Positions 1 to 9,433 of a stretch of DNA of 32,000 bases are shown here, piece by piece. Origin of the DNA: Candidatus Pelagibacter ubique HTCC1062 (GTDB lineage Bacteria; Pseudomonadota; Alphaproteobacteria; Pelagibacterales; Pelagibacteraceae); contig NC_007205.1 in assembly GCF_000012345.1 (NCBI RefSeq), forward strand, positions 750,001-782,000. The letters run 5' to 3'. Both the position numbers and the translations under genes were made by a program. Within the stretch, counting starts at the first letter, position 1. Every line of letters starts with the position of its first letter. The notes beneath the pieces are model-generated. The model ran no database searches. It was not told where the DNA came from and saw only the letters and a list, made by a program, of their open reading frames with translations.

Positions 1-675
1 TTCTGTGAACAAGGTTCAGAAGTATATTTTATAGATATAAATGAGAAAGCATCAAATAAATTAGTTTTAGAATGTAAAAATAAAAATTTTTCTGTTCCTA
101 CTTTTATAAAGTGTGACCTATTAAATATAAAAGATTTACAAAATACTATATCAAAAATTATTGATAATAATGGAGCAATCGATGTTTTGGTAAATAATGC
201 AGCAAATGATGAGAGACATTCTATCGATGAAGTAACTGAGGAATTTTGGAACGAAAGAATGAATATTAATTTAAGACATTATTTTTTTACAGTTCAGTCA
301 GTTAAAAAAGCAATGATAGCAAATAAAAGTGGCTCCATTATAAATATTGGGTCTGTTTCATGGATGATTGGACAAGGTGGAATGGCTGCTTATACTGCTG
401 CTAAATCTGGCGTTGTGGGTTTAACGAGATCTTTTGCAAGAGACCTTGGTGAGTTTGATATAAGAGTAAATTCAGTAGTTCCTGGTTGGGTGATGACAGA
501 GAGACAAGTTGAGAAATGGTTAACACCTGAGTCTGAGGCAGATATGTTAAAAAAACAGTGTTTAAAACATAAGTTAATGCCCTCAGATATAGCTAAAACA
601 GTTCTATTTTTTGGTTCTGATGCTTCATCTGGATGTACTAATCAAGATTATGTAGTCGATAAAGGTTGGTTATAA
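1..675 (+). CDS. SDR-family oxidoreductase, 5' end outside the window (candidate sugar 1-dehydrogenase of the adjacent cluster)
   Basis: Frame 1 is open from base 1 (FCEQGSEVYFIDINEK...), so the track Met at 187 is internal. Classical SDR motifs are present: VLVNNAAN, S-x12-YTAAK and VVPGWV. Stop at 673-675. Confidence 0.85.
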   Translation, partial: FCEQGSEVYFIDINEKASNKLVLECKNKNFSVPTFIKCDLLNIKDLQNTISKIIDNNGAIDVLVNNAANDERHSIDEVTEEFWNERMNINLRHYFFTVQSVKKAMIANKSGSIINIGSVSWMIGQGGMAAYTAAKSGVVGLTRSFARDLGEFDIRVNSVVPGWVMTERQVEKWLTPESEADMLKKQCLKHKLMPSDIAKTVLFFGSDASSGCTNQDYVVDKGWL

Positions 676-689
676 TAAAATTCACAAAA

Positions 690-2465
690 ATGAAAAAAAA
701 AGAATTAAGAAGCAAACAGTGGTTTGATAATCCAAATGATCCAGCTCTTACTGCTCTATATTTAGAAAGATATCTAAATTATGGAATGACAAGACAAGAA
801 TTGCAATCTGGAAAGCCTATAATCGGAATTGCTCAATCTGGTAGTGATCTATCACCATGTAATAGACATTTTCAAGAATTAAGTAGTAGAATTAAGGATG
901 GGATTAGACAGGCGGGAGGAATACCCATTGAATTCCCAACTCATCCTATTCAAGAAACAGGTAAAAGGCCTACAGCTGGTTTGGATAGAAACTTATCTTA
1001 CTTGTCTTTAGTAGAAGTTTTATTTGGCTATCCTATAGATGGAGTAATTTTAACAACTGGTTGTGATAAAACTACGCCAGCAGCATTAATGGCTGCGGCA
1101 ACTGTAAATATACCAGCAATAGTTTTATCAGGTGGTCCGATGCTTGATGGAAGTTATAAAGGAAAAAAAGTAGGTTCTGGAACTGTAGTTTGGGAAGCGA
1201 GAAAACTGCACGCAAAAGGAGAAATTACATATGATGAATTTATGGACATGGTTGCTGCATCAGCACCAAGCATAGGTCATTGTAATACAATGGGAACAGC
1301 TTCATCTATGAACTCTATTGCAGAAGCATTAGGAATGTCTTTAACAGGCTGTGCGGTTATACCTGCTCCATACAGGGAAAGATCACAAATTTCATTTGAA
1401 ACAGGAAAAAGAATTGTTGATATGGTTCATGAAGATTTAACACCTTCAAAAATCATGACTAAAGAAGCATTCGAAAATGCAATATTAGTTGCAAGTGCAA
1501 TAGGAGCTTCAAGTAATTGTCCACCACATCTCACAGCAATAGCAAGACATATGGGTTTAGAATTAGATATAGAAAATTGGCAAACAATAGGTCACGATAT
1601 CCCATTACTTGTAAATTGTCAGCCAGCTGGCGAACATTTGATGGAAAGATTTTATAGAGCAGGAGGGGTTCCTGCAATTATGCAAGAATTATTAAAAAAT
1701 AATAAATTACACAAAAACGTACTTACAGTATCAGGGAAAACTGTAGAAGAAAATTTAAAGATTAAAATAGATGTAGATAGTGATGTTATTAAATCATTTG
1801 AAAATCCACTAGTAGAAAATGCAGGTTATATCGTTATGAGAAGTAATTTTTTTAGTTCTGCTGTTATGAAAACATCAGTTATTAGTGATGAGTTTAGAAA
1901 AAGATATTTATCAGATCCAAAAAATAAAAATGTATTTGAAGCTAATGCCGTAGTATTTGAAGGACCAGAGGATTACCATTCAAGAATAAACGACGAAAAG
2001 TTAAATATAGATGAAAAATCAATTTTGATGATTAGAGGCTGTGGACCCGTAGGTTATCCAGGTTCCGCTGAAGTTGTAAATATGCAGCCACCAGATAGAT
2101 TATTGAAAAAAGGGATTAACACTCTTCCAACATTAGGAGATGGCAGACAAAGTGGCACTTCAGAAAGTCCATCTATTTTGAATGTTTCACCAGAATCGGC
2201 TATTGGTGGGGATTTATTGATAGTTCAAACAGGAGATAAAATTAAGATTGATCTTAACAATAGAAGGATAGATTTGTTAATATCAGAGACTGAGATCTCA
2301 GATAGAAAAAAAAATACCAAGATCCCAGTATTAACAAACCAAACACCATGGCAGGAAATTTCCAGAAAAATGGTAGGTCAATTAGAAACGGGTGCTTGCC
2401 TAGAAACTGAATCTTTATATTTAGATATAACAAACACAAAAGGGATGCCCAGGCATTCACATTAA
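690..2465 (+). CDS. IlvD/Edd-family dehydratase, most like sugar-acid (pentonate-type, e.g. arabinonate/xylonate) dehydratases
   Basis: 591-aa ORF from the ATG at 690; the track start at 666 is a TTG overlapping the SDR stop. Family motifs: TTGCDKTTPAALMAA, LSGGPML, GHCNTMGTASSMN and LGDGRQSGTSESPSI. Length fits the family. Confidence 0.9.
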   Translation: MKKKELRSKQWFDNPNDPALTALYLERYLNYGMTRQELQSGKPIIGIAQSGSDLSPCNRHFQELSSRIKDGIRQAGGIPIEFPTHPIQETGKRPTAGLDRNLSYLSLVEVLFGYPIDGVILTTGCDKTTPAALMAAATVNIPAIVLSGGPMLDGSYKGKKVGSGTVVWEARKLHAKGEITYDEFMDMVAASAPSIGHCNTMGTASSMNSIAEALGMSLTGCAVIPAPYRERSQISFETGKRIVDMVHEDLTPSKIMTKEAFENAILVASAIGASSNCPPHLTAIARHMGLELDIENWQTIGHDIPLLVNCQPAGEHLMERFYRAGGVPAIMQELLKNNKLHKNVLTVSGKTVEENLKIKIDVDSDVIKSFENPLVENAGYIVMRSNFFSSAVMKTSVISDEFRKRYLSDPKNKNVFEANAVVFEGPEDYHSRINDEKLNIDEKSILMIRGCGPVGYPGSAEVVNMQPPDRLLKKGINTLPTLGDGRQSGTSESPSILNVSPESAIGGDLLIVQTGDKIKIDLNNRRIDLLISETEISDRKKNTKIPVLTNQTPWQEISRKMVGQLETGACLETESLYLDITNTKGMPRHSH

Positions 2466-2476
2466 AAAGGAAAAAC

Positions 2477-3220
2477 ATGAGCAATCGACTAGAAGGTAAA
2501 AATATTATTGTAACAGCTGCAGGCCAGGGAATTGGTAAAGCAACGGCTATAGCACTTCATAATGAAGGAGCAAATGTAACTGCAACAGATTTAAATAATA
2601 AAACTTTAGCTGAATTAAATAAAGAATATCCTAAAATTAAAGTTCAAACTTTAGATTCAACAGACAATAATGCTATTTCAGAATTTATGAAAAGTGTTGA
2701 TAAAGTTGATGTTTTATTCAACGCAGTAGGTTTTGTTCATCATGGAACTATTCTAGAATGTGAAGAAAAAGATTGGGATTTTTCTTTTGATGTAAATGTC
2801 AAATCTATGTATCAAATGTGTAAAGCAATTTTACCTTTAATGGTTAAACAAAATGGTGGAAGTATAATTAACGTTTCGTCATGCGCCTCTAGCCTTAAAG
2901 GTTTTCCAAATAGATTTGTTTACGGAACTACAAAAGGAGCAGTAATTGGCTTAACTAAATCAATAGCTGCAGATTTTGTAAAACAAAATATTAGATGCAA
3001 TTCTATTGCACCAGGAACAGTATTTTCACCTTCTTGGCAAGATAGAGTTAATCAAAGCCCGGACCCGGTACAAGCAAAGAAAGATTTTATAGCAAGACAA
3101 CCAATGGGAAGACTAGGAACAGCAGAAGAAATAGCTGCTGTAGCAGTTTATTTAGCTGGAGACGATGCAACATTTACTACAGGAACAACAATTTCTGTTG
3201 ATGGTGGAATTTCAATTTAA
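2477..3220 (+). CDS. SDR oxidoreductase of the DHRS6/BDH2 type (candidate 2-keto-3-deoxy sugar-acid 4-dehydrogenase)
   Basis: Motifs: TAAGQGIGKA Rossmann, VLFNAVGFVHHGTILECEEKDWDF, S-x12-YGTTKGAVIGLTKS and APGTV. As I recall the sequence, it aligns closely and colinearly with human DHRS6 and with bacterial 2-keto-3-deoxy-L-fuconate dehydrogenases. Confidence 0.85.
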   Translation: MSNRLEGKNIIVTAAGQGIGKATAIALHNEGANVTATDLNNKTLAELNKEYPKIKVQTLDSTDNNAISEFMKSVDKVDVLFNAVGFVHHGTILECEEKDWDFSFDVNVKSMYQMCKAILPLMVKQNGGSIINVSSCASSLKGFPNRFVYGTTKGAVIGLTKSIAADFVKQNIRCNSIAPGTVFSPSWQDRVNQSPDPVQAKKDFIARQPMGRLGTAEEIAAVAVYLAGDDATFTTGTTISVDGGISI

Positions 3221-3241
3221 TAAATTAAGAAAAGGTAAATT

Positions 3242-4084
3242 ATGAAACTATTAAGAGTAGGTGTTAAAGGAAAAGAAAAACCAGCAGCATTAGATAAAAA
3301 TGGAAAATTTAGAGATTTAAGTTCTCATATTACTGATTTAAATTCAGATACTGTAAATTTTGAAACTATTAAAAAATTAGAAAGTATAGATTTAGAAAGT
3401 TTAACTGAAATTTCAAATTCTGAGAGAATAGGAGCTTGTATTAATAAGCCAGGAAAGTTTGTAGCAATTGGTTTAAATTATTCTGACCATGCAGCAGAAT
3501 CTGGTATGGATGCTCCATCAGAACCTATTGTATTCATGAAAGCGACAAGCTCAATTAATGGTCCTAACGATGATATTGAAATTTCAAAAGATTCAAAAGA
3601 GCTTGATTGGGAAGTAGAATTGGGAATAATTATCGGAAAAGACACTAAAAATATTAGTGAAAAAGAGGCTGAAAATCACATTCTTGGATATTGTTTAGTA
3701 AACGATGTGAGTGAAAGAGAATGGCAACTTAAAAAAATGGGACAATGGGTTAAAGGAAAATCACATGATACTTATGGACCAATTGGACCTTATTTAGTTA
3801 CCAAGAATGAAATCTCCGACATTAACAGTCTTAATTTAAGCTTAGATGTTAATGGGCAAAGAATGCAAACTGGAAACACAGATAAAATGATTTTTAATGT
3901 GTTCTTTATTGTTTCATATTTAAGTAAGTACATGACGTTACAAGCGGGTGATATTATTACCACTGGAACACCTCCAGGAGTAGGTATGGGAAAAAAACCA
4001 CAGGTATTTTTAAAAGCAGGTGACACAATTAGATTATCAATTGATAATTTAGGTGAACAAAACTCAAAAGTTGTAGCTGAATAA
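3242..4084 (+). CDS. Fumarylacetoacetate hydrolase (FAH)-family protein (candidate 2,4-diketo-3-deoxy sugar-acid hydrolase)
   Basis: 280 aa. FAH-fold motifs: IGLNYSDHAAE, DWEVELGIIIGK, VNDVSEREWQ, GKSHDTYGPIGP and GDIITTGTPPGVG. Confidence 0.85.
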   Translation: MKLLRVGVKGKEKPAALDKNGKFRDLSSHITDLNSDTVNFETIKKLESIDLESLTEISNSERIGACINKPGKFVAIGLNYSDHAAESGMDAPSEPIVFMKATSSINGPNDDIEISKDSKELDWEVELGIIIGKDTKNISEKEAENHILGYCLVNDVSEREWQLKKMGQWVKGKSHDTYGPIGPYLVTKNEISDINSLNLSLDVNGQRMQTGNTDKMIFNVFFIVSYLSKYMTLQAGDIITTGTPPGVGMGKKPQVFLKAGDTIRLSIDNLGEQNSKVVAE

Positions 4085-4085
4085 T

Positions 4086-4967
4086 TTGAATATCATAACT
4101 TCAAAGCCCAAAGTTATATGGAATTCGAAAACAATATTAGGTGAAGGCACCTTATGGGTGCCATCACATAATTCAATTTACTTTGTTGATATTAAGAAAA
4201 AAAAGATTTTTACTTTAAATGTTAAAACTAATAAAAGAAGAATTATAAAGATTAATAAAGAAATTGGGTTTCTGGCTCACATTAAAAAAGATATCTTTAT
4301 ACTTGGTTTACAATCAGAGCTTAGAATTGTTAATCTAAAAAATAAAGAAACTATTAGATCTATTCCAATTGAAGAAGACAAACCTCTAAATAGAATAAAT
4401 GATGGAAAAATTGATCCTGAAGGTAGATTGTGGTTTGGTACTATGGATAATCTTGAGAGAAACATTAAAAATGGATCTTTATATTGCTTAGATAAAAAAC
4501 TTAATATTCATAAAGTCGATACAAAATACTATATTACAAATGGTCCTGCTTTTATTAACTCTGAAAACTTCTTACATACTGATAGTCGAAGTAAAACAAT
4601 TTATAAAATTAGAATAAATAAAAAACACAAGATAATTAAAAAGACAAAATTTTTAAAATTTTCAAAAATAGATGGCTCACCCGATGGAATGACAATTGAT
4701 TCAAAAAAAAATGTTTGGATTTGTCATTATGGTGGAGCATGTATTTCTGTTTATAATTCAAGAGGTAAAAAAATTCACAAAATTGAATTACCAGCAAAAA
4801 ATATTACTAATTGTACGTTTGGTGGATTGAGTAATAATGAAATTTATATATCAACTGCCTTAAAGGGTATGACTAAAAATGAAATTAAGAAATATAAACT
4901 TTCAGGCTCTTTTTTTAAAATTAAAACAAATGTTAAGGGGATTAAGTCAAAATCCTTTAAAATATAA
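4086..4967 (+). CDS. SMP-30/gluconolactonase/LRE-family protein (candidate sugar lactonase)
   Basis: TTG start 1 nt after the preceding stop. Motifs: LGEGTLW, NDGKIDPEGRLWFGTM, TNGPAF and SPDGMTIDSKKNVWICH, typical of six-bladed propeller lactonases. Confidence 0.75.
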   Translation: MNIITSKPKVIWNSKTILGEGTLWVPSHNSIYFVDIKKKKIFTLNVKTNKRRIIKINKEIGFLAHIKKDIFILGLQSELRIVNLKNKETIRSIPIEEDKPLNRINDGKIDPEGRLWFGTMDNLERNIKNGSLYCLDKKLNIHKVDTKYYITNGPAFINSENFLHTDSRSKTIYKIRINKKHKIIKKTKFLKFSKIDGSPDGMTIDSKKNVWICHYGGACISVYNSRGKKIHKIELPAKNITNCTFGGLSNNEIYISTALKGMTKNEIKKYKLSGSFFKIKTNVKGIKSKSFKI

Positions 4968-5022
4968 AAATTACAAAGTGATTAAGTGTAGTTTAAAAAT
5001 ATTATAGGATATAATAAATCAT

Positions 5023-5892
5023 ATGCAGAATATTAGCTTTATTGGAATTGGTCTTATGGGGTTTCCAATGGCAAAAAACCTTCTTAAATCAGGCTTTAAC
5101 TTAAGAGCTTATAATAGATCTCAAGATAAAGCAGATAGATTAAAAGAATTTGGAGCAGAAATATCCACATCCATCAAAGACGTTGTTACAAATTCTGATG
5201 TAATTATTACGATGCTTACAGATGATGCTGCAGTAGAAAAGGTAATGGGCAGTGATGAGTTTATATCTAATATTAAAGAGGGAGCGACTGTAATTGATAT
5301 GAGCTCAGTTAACCCCGTTATTACAAAAAAATATTTTAAGATTTTAAAAGAAAAAAATATTAATTATTTAGATGCACCTGTATCTGGCGGAACAATTGGT
5401 GCAGAAGAAGCCTCTCTTGCTATTATGGTAGGCGGTGATGAAGAAACATTTAAACAATGTTATGATCTTCTTAAAATATTAGGCAACCCAACACTAGTAG
5501 GCCCAGTGACATCTGGTCAAATTTCAAAACTAGCAAATCAAATAATTGTTGGTGTTACCATTGGAGCTGTAGCAGAAGCTGTTACATTATGTGAGAAATC
5601 AGGCACTAACCCAAATAAAATGATTGAAGCTTTATCAGGGGGTTGGGCTGATAGTAAAATATTGCAAACTCATGGAAAAAGAATGATCAACAAAGATTTT
5701 ACCCCAAAAGGAAAAACTACAACACAACTAAAAGATATGACTAACATTATTAATGCTGGAAAAGCAGCTGAAACTCATTTGCCTATTTCTAGTTTAGTTA
5801 AAGAAATGTATAAAGATTTAGTAGCAGATGGTCAGGGAAATACAGATCATAGCTCTTTATATAAAGCAATAGAAAAAATAAATAAAAAATGA
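5023..5892 (+). CDS. NAD(P)-dependent beta-hydroxyacid dehydrogenase (3-hydroxyisobutyrate / tartronate-semialdehyde reductase family)
   Basis: N-terminal FIGIGLMGFPMAKNL dinucleotide fold, DAPVSGG, and LANQIIVG in the C-terminal 6PGDH-like domain. 289 aa is typical. Confidence 0.85.
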   Translation: MQNISFIGIGLMGFPMAKNLLKSGFNLRAYNRSQDKADRLKEFGAEISTSIKDVVTNSDVIITMLTDDAAVEKVMGSDEFISNIKEGATVIDMSSVNPVITKKYFKILKEKNINYLDAPVSGGTIGAEEASLAIMVGGDEETFKQCYDLLKILGNPTLVGPVTSGQISKLANQIIVGVTIGAVAEAVTLCEKSGTNPNKMIEALSGGWADSKILQTHGKRMINKDFTPKGKTTTQLKDMTNIINAGKAAETHLPISSLVKEMYKDLVADGQGNTDHSSLYKAIEKINKK

Positions 5893-6734
5893 AATTTTTA
5901 AGAATTGGAAAGGCAGGTCAAGAAATTCCTGTAGCACTAGATAGAAATGGAAAATATAGAAATCTATCATCGATTATTAAAGATTTAAATTCAGAAACTA
6001 TTAATTTTGAAACTTTAGATAAAATTAAAGATATAAATTTAGAGAACCTGGAAGAGGTAAATCAAAATGAAAGAATAGGGTCTTGTATTTCTAAACCAGG
6101 AAATTTTTTTGCAATTGGCTTAAATTATGTTGAGCATGCAAAAGAAACAGGAGCAAAAACACCTGACAACCCAGTTCTATTTAATAAGTCAGTTCATTCT
6201 ATAGTTGGACCAAACGATAATGTGATTATTCCTAAGACTTCAAAAAAATTAGATCATGAAGTTGAAATTGCTTTTGTCATAGGAAAAAAAGCAAAAAGAG
6301 TTTTAGAAAAAGATGCACAAGATTATATTTTTGGTTATTGTATTTGTAACGATATCAGTGAACGTGAATGGCAAAAAGAAAAAGGAGGTCAGTGGGTAAA
6401 GGGTAAATCTGGTGATACATTTGGACCTTTAGGGCCTTATTTAGTAACTAAAGATGAAATTCAAGACGTTAATAATTTAAATTTAACGCTAGATGTTAAT
6501 GGTCACAGACATCAAACAGGTAACACCAATCAGATGATTTTCAATTTTAACTTCTTGGTAGCTCATATTACAAGTTTTATAACGTTAATGCCTGGTGATA
6601 TAGTGACTACAGGAACTCCTCCTGGAGTTGGACTTGGAATGGATCCTCCTGTTTTTCTTAAAGAAGGTGATGAGATGAAGCTAAATATTGACAGTTTGGG
6701 CTCTCAAAATTCAAAAGTTATTTTAGAACAATAA
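5889..6734 (+). CDS. FAH-family hydrolase, paralog of 3242-4084
   Basis: 281 aa, colinear with the first FAH ORF over the full length: shared IGLNY.EHA, HEVE, CNDISEREWQ, GKSGDTFGPLGP and GDIVTTGTPPGVG. Overlaps the upstream stop by 4 nt. Confidence 0.85.
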   Translation: MKFLRIGKAGQEIPVALDRNGKYRNLSSIIKDLNSETINFETLDKIKDINLENLEEVNQNERIGSCISKPGNFFAIGLNYVEHAKETGAKTPDNPVLFNKSVHSIVGPNDNVIIPKTSKKLDHEVEIAFVIGKKAKRVLEKDAQDYIFGYCICNDISEREWQKEKGGQWVKGKSGDTFGPLGPYLVTKDEIQDVNNLNLTLDVNGHRHQTGNTNQMIFNFNFLVAHITSFITLMPGDIVTTGTPPGVGLGMDPPVFLKEGDEMKLNIDSLGSQNSKVILEQ

Positions 6735-6744
6735 TTAAGACAAG

Positions 6745-9432
6745 ATGATCAAAAGAGACCTTTATTACGAACGAATACCAACAAAATCATTAAGAGAAGA
6801 TGTTAGATATCTAGGTGATGTTTTAGGAAGAGTAATAAAAAAACAAGAAGGACAAAGTTTTTTTAAACTAGTAGAGGATACGAGATTACTTTCTAAAGCA
6901 AATTTAGCCAACAAACATGTCAAAGATCCTTTTAAGAATATTTTAAATAAAATTAAAAATCTAAACCCTGAAAATACCTTTAAGTTAGCAAGGGCTTTTA
7001 ATCATTTCATGAACTTTATAAATCTGTCAGAAACTACAGATGCATCAAGAAAACTTGATGAATATGAAAATAATAAAAAAAACAGTAATAAAAATATTTT
7101 TATTGAAGAAATATTTGAAAAACTTTTTAAAGATAAAAAGATTACCAATAAAAAAATTTATGATGTTGCAAAAAAACTAAATATTGGAATTGTTTTAACA
7201 GCACACCCAACAGAAGTTAAAAGAAGAACACTAATACAAAAATATAACAAAATTATAAAAATTTTAGAACAAAGAGATTTATATAAAAAAAATCTATCAA
7301 AATTAAAAACCTTAGATAAAGATTTATATAATGAAATAACCATTATATGGAACACTGATGAGCTTAAAAGATCGAAACCTACACCGTCTGAAGAAGCAAG
7401 ATGGGGATTGGCAGTAATAGAAGACAGTCTTTGGGACTCTATTCCCAAAGTATATAGAAGACTAAATAACATCTTTCTTAAAAATATGGGAAAATCACTC
7501 CCAAGAAACTTTAATCCAATTGAATTTGGATCATGGATGGGTGGTGATAGAGACGGTAATCCAAATGTTACAGCTAAAGTTACTAGCGAAGCCTTACTTT
7601 TATCTAGATGGGAAGCTGCAAAACTATATGAAAAACAATTAACGAATTTAATACGTTCATTGTCTATGAAAAAGTGCTCTACACAAATATTAAATATAAC
7701 AGGTAAAACATTTGAACCCTATAGGGTTTTTTTAAGACCATTGAGGGACAAATTACGAGCAACACATATTTTGATAAAAGAACATCTGGTTAATAAAGAA
7801 CCATTGGATCATAAAAAACTTTTATCTAATACTGGTGAAATTTTAACACCTCTTAGAGTTGTAAGAGACTCACTAATCCAAAACCAAAGTGAAAATATTG
7901 CTGAAGGTGATTTACTGGACTTAATTAGAAGGGCTAGATGTTTTGGAATTAATTTAGCTAAATTAGATATTAGACAAGAATCATCAAGACATACCAAATT
8001 AATCTCAGAAATTGTAAAAAAGAAATACAATAAAGACTATTTTTTATGGAATGAAAGTGAAAAACTTGCTTTTCTATCTTCAAGAATTAAAAGTAAAAAA
8101 AATTTAATAAAAAATTCTTTACTTAAAAACAAAGAAAATAAAGAAGTTTGGTCTACATTTAATGTACTTGTTGATCAACCTAAAGAATGTTTGGGTGCCT
8201 ACGTTATCTCAATGACTTCAGCGGCATCAGATATATTATCTGTTGCCTATTTGCAAAAAGAAGCCAAAATTGTCAATAAATTAAGAGTAGTTCCTTTATT
8301 TGAAACTTTGGATGATTTGAGAAATGCCAAATCAATAATGAACAGTTTATTTTCGTTGCCTTGGTATAGAAAATCGATCAATTATAAACAAGAAATTATG
8401 ATTGGTTATTCAGACTCGAGTAAAGATGCTGGTAAATTATCTGCTAGTTGGCATCAATATAAATTACAAGATGAAATTTTGAAATTGGCCAAGAAGTACA
8501 AAATTGACATTACTTTTTTTCATGGACGAGGTGGATCTGCAGGGCGTGGTGGAGGACCAATTCAAGCAACATTAAAATCACAACCAGCAAATTCAGTTAA
8601 TGGAAAAATTAGAATTACAGATCAGGGTGAGGTTATCCAACAAAAATATGGTTATGAACCATTAGCAAAATATAATTTATGTAGCTATATAGGGGCAGTG
8701 GTTCAGGCAACGTTAAACCCTCCACCAGAACCTAAAATAAAATGGAAACAATTAATTGAAAAAATGTCAGAAATTTCCATGAAATCTTATAGGAGTAATA
8801 TTAATGAAAAATCAGATTTTATAAGATATTTTAGAACTGTAACCCCTCATAAAGCATTGGGTAAACTTTCAATTGGTTCTAGACCTTCAAAAAGAAAAAA
8901 TGTTGATAACATACAAAGTTTAAGAGCTATCCCTTGGGTTTTTGCATGGACACAAATTAGATTATTTTTACCTGCATGGCTTGGCACAACAGAAGCGTTA
9001 AATTATGCGTCATCCAAGGTATTTAAAAAAATATTAGTAGATATGGAAAAAAACTGGCCTTTTTTTAATTCAACAATGGATATTTTAGATATGGTAATTT
9101 CTAAAGTTGATCCAGAAATATCAAAAGTATATGAAAACCAACTAGCAGATAAAAAGCTTAAAATTGTAGGAAAAAAGTTAAGATCGCAATTTGAAACATT
9201 AAAAAGATTAAATAAAGTAATCACGCCATTTCAAATAAGAAAACAAAGAAAGGTATTTAGAACATCTGTTATTATTAGAAATATCTATTCTGAGGTGTTA
9301 CACATAACTCAATCAATAGTTATGAAAAAACTTACATTAAAAAAATTAAATAAAAATAAGAAACAACATCTTGCTGATGCATTAATGACTTCTATTGCTG
9401 GTATATCTGCAGCCATGAAAAACACAGGGTAA
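6745..9432 (+). CDS. ppc: Phosphoenolpyruvate carboxylase
   Basis: 895 aa with hallmark motifs VLTAHPTEVKRRT, GSWMGGDRDGNP, GYSDSSKDAG and FHGRGGSAGRGGGP, and a C-terminal ...NTG. Confidence 0.95.
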   Translation: MIKRDLYYERIPTKSLREDVRYLGDVLGRVIKKQEGQSFFKLVEDTRLLSKANLANKHVKDPFKNILNKIKNLNPENTFKLARAFNHFMNFINLSETTDASRKLDEYENNKKNSNKNIFIEEIFEKLFKDKKITNKKIYDVAKKLNIGIVLTAHPTEVKRRTLIQKYNKIIKILEQRDLYKKNLSKLKTLDKDLYNEITIIWNTDELKRSKPTPSEEARWGLAVIEDSLWDSIPKVYRRLNNIFLKNMGKSLPRNFNPIEFGSWMGGDRDGNPNVTAKVTSEALLLSRWEAAKLYEKQLTNLIRSLSMKKCSTQILNITGKTFEPYRVFLRPLRDKLRATHILIKEHLVNKEPLDHKKLLSNTGEILTPLRVVRDSLIQNQSENIAEGDLLDLIRRARCFGINLAKLDIRQESSRHTKLISEIVKKKYNKDYFLWNESEKLAFLSSRIKSKKNLIKNSLLKNKENKEVWSTFNVLVDQPKECLGAYVISMTSAASDILSVAYLQKEAKIVNKLRVVPLFETLDDLRNAKSIMNSLFSLPWYRKSINYKQEIMIGYSDSSKDAGKLSASWHQYKLQDEILKLAKKYKIDITFFHGRGGSAGRGGGPIQATLKSQPANSVNGKIRITDQGEVIQQKYGYEPLAKYNLCSYIGAVVQATLNPPPEPKIKWKQLIEKMSEISMKSYRSNINEKSDFIRYFRTVTPHKALGKLSIGSRPSKRKNVDNIQSLRAIPWVFAWTQIRLFLPAWLGTTEALNYASSKVFKKILVDMEKNWPFFNSTMDILDMVISKVDPEISKVYENQLADKKLKIVGKKLRSQFETLKRLNKVITPFQIRKQRKVFRTSVIIRNIYSEVLHITQSIVMKKLTLKKLNKNKKQHLADALMTSIAGISAAMKNTG

Positions 9433-9433
9433 T

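Noticed and set aside
666-689. Upstream TTG starts proposed by the ORF track for the dehydratase (666) and for proX (20725).
   Set aside because: In both cases an in-frame ATG follows that gives a sensible N-terminus. For the dehydratase this is MKKKELRSKQWF at 690. For proX it is MKIIK plus a signal peptide at 20785, preceded by GAGAGGGA. The extensions overlap upstream elements and add non-homologous residues.
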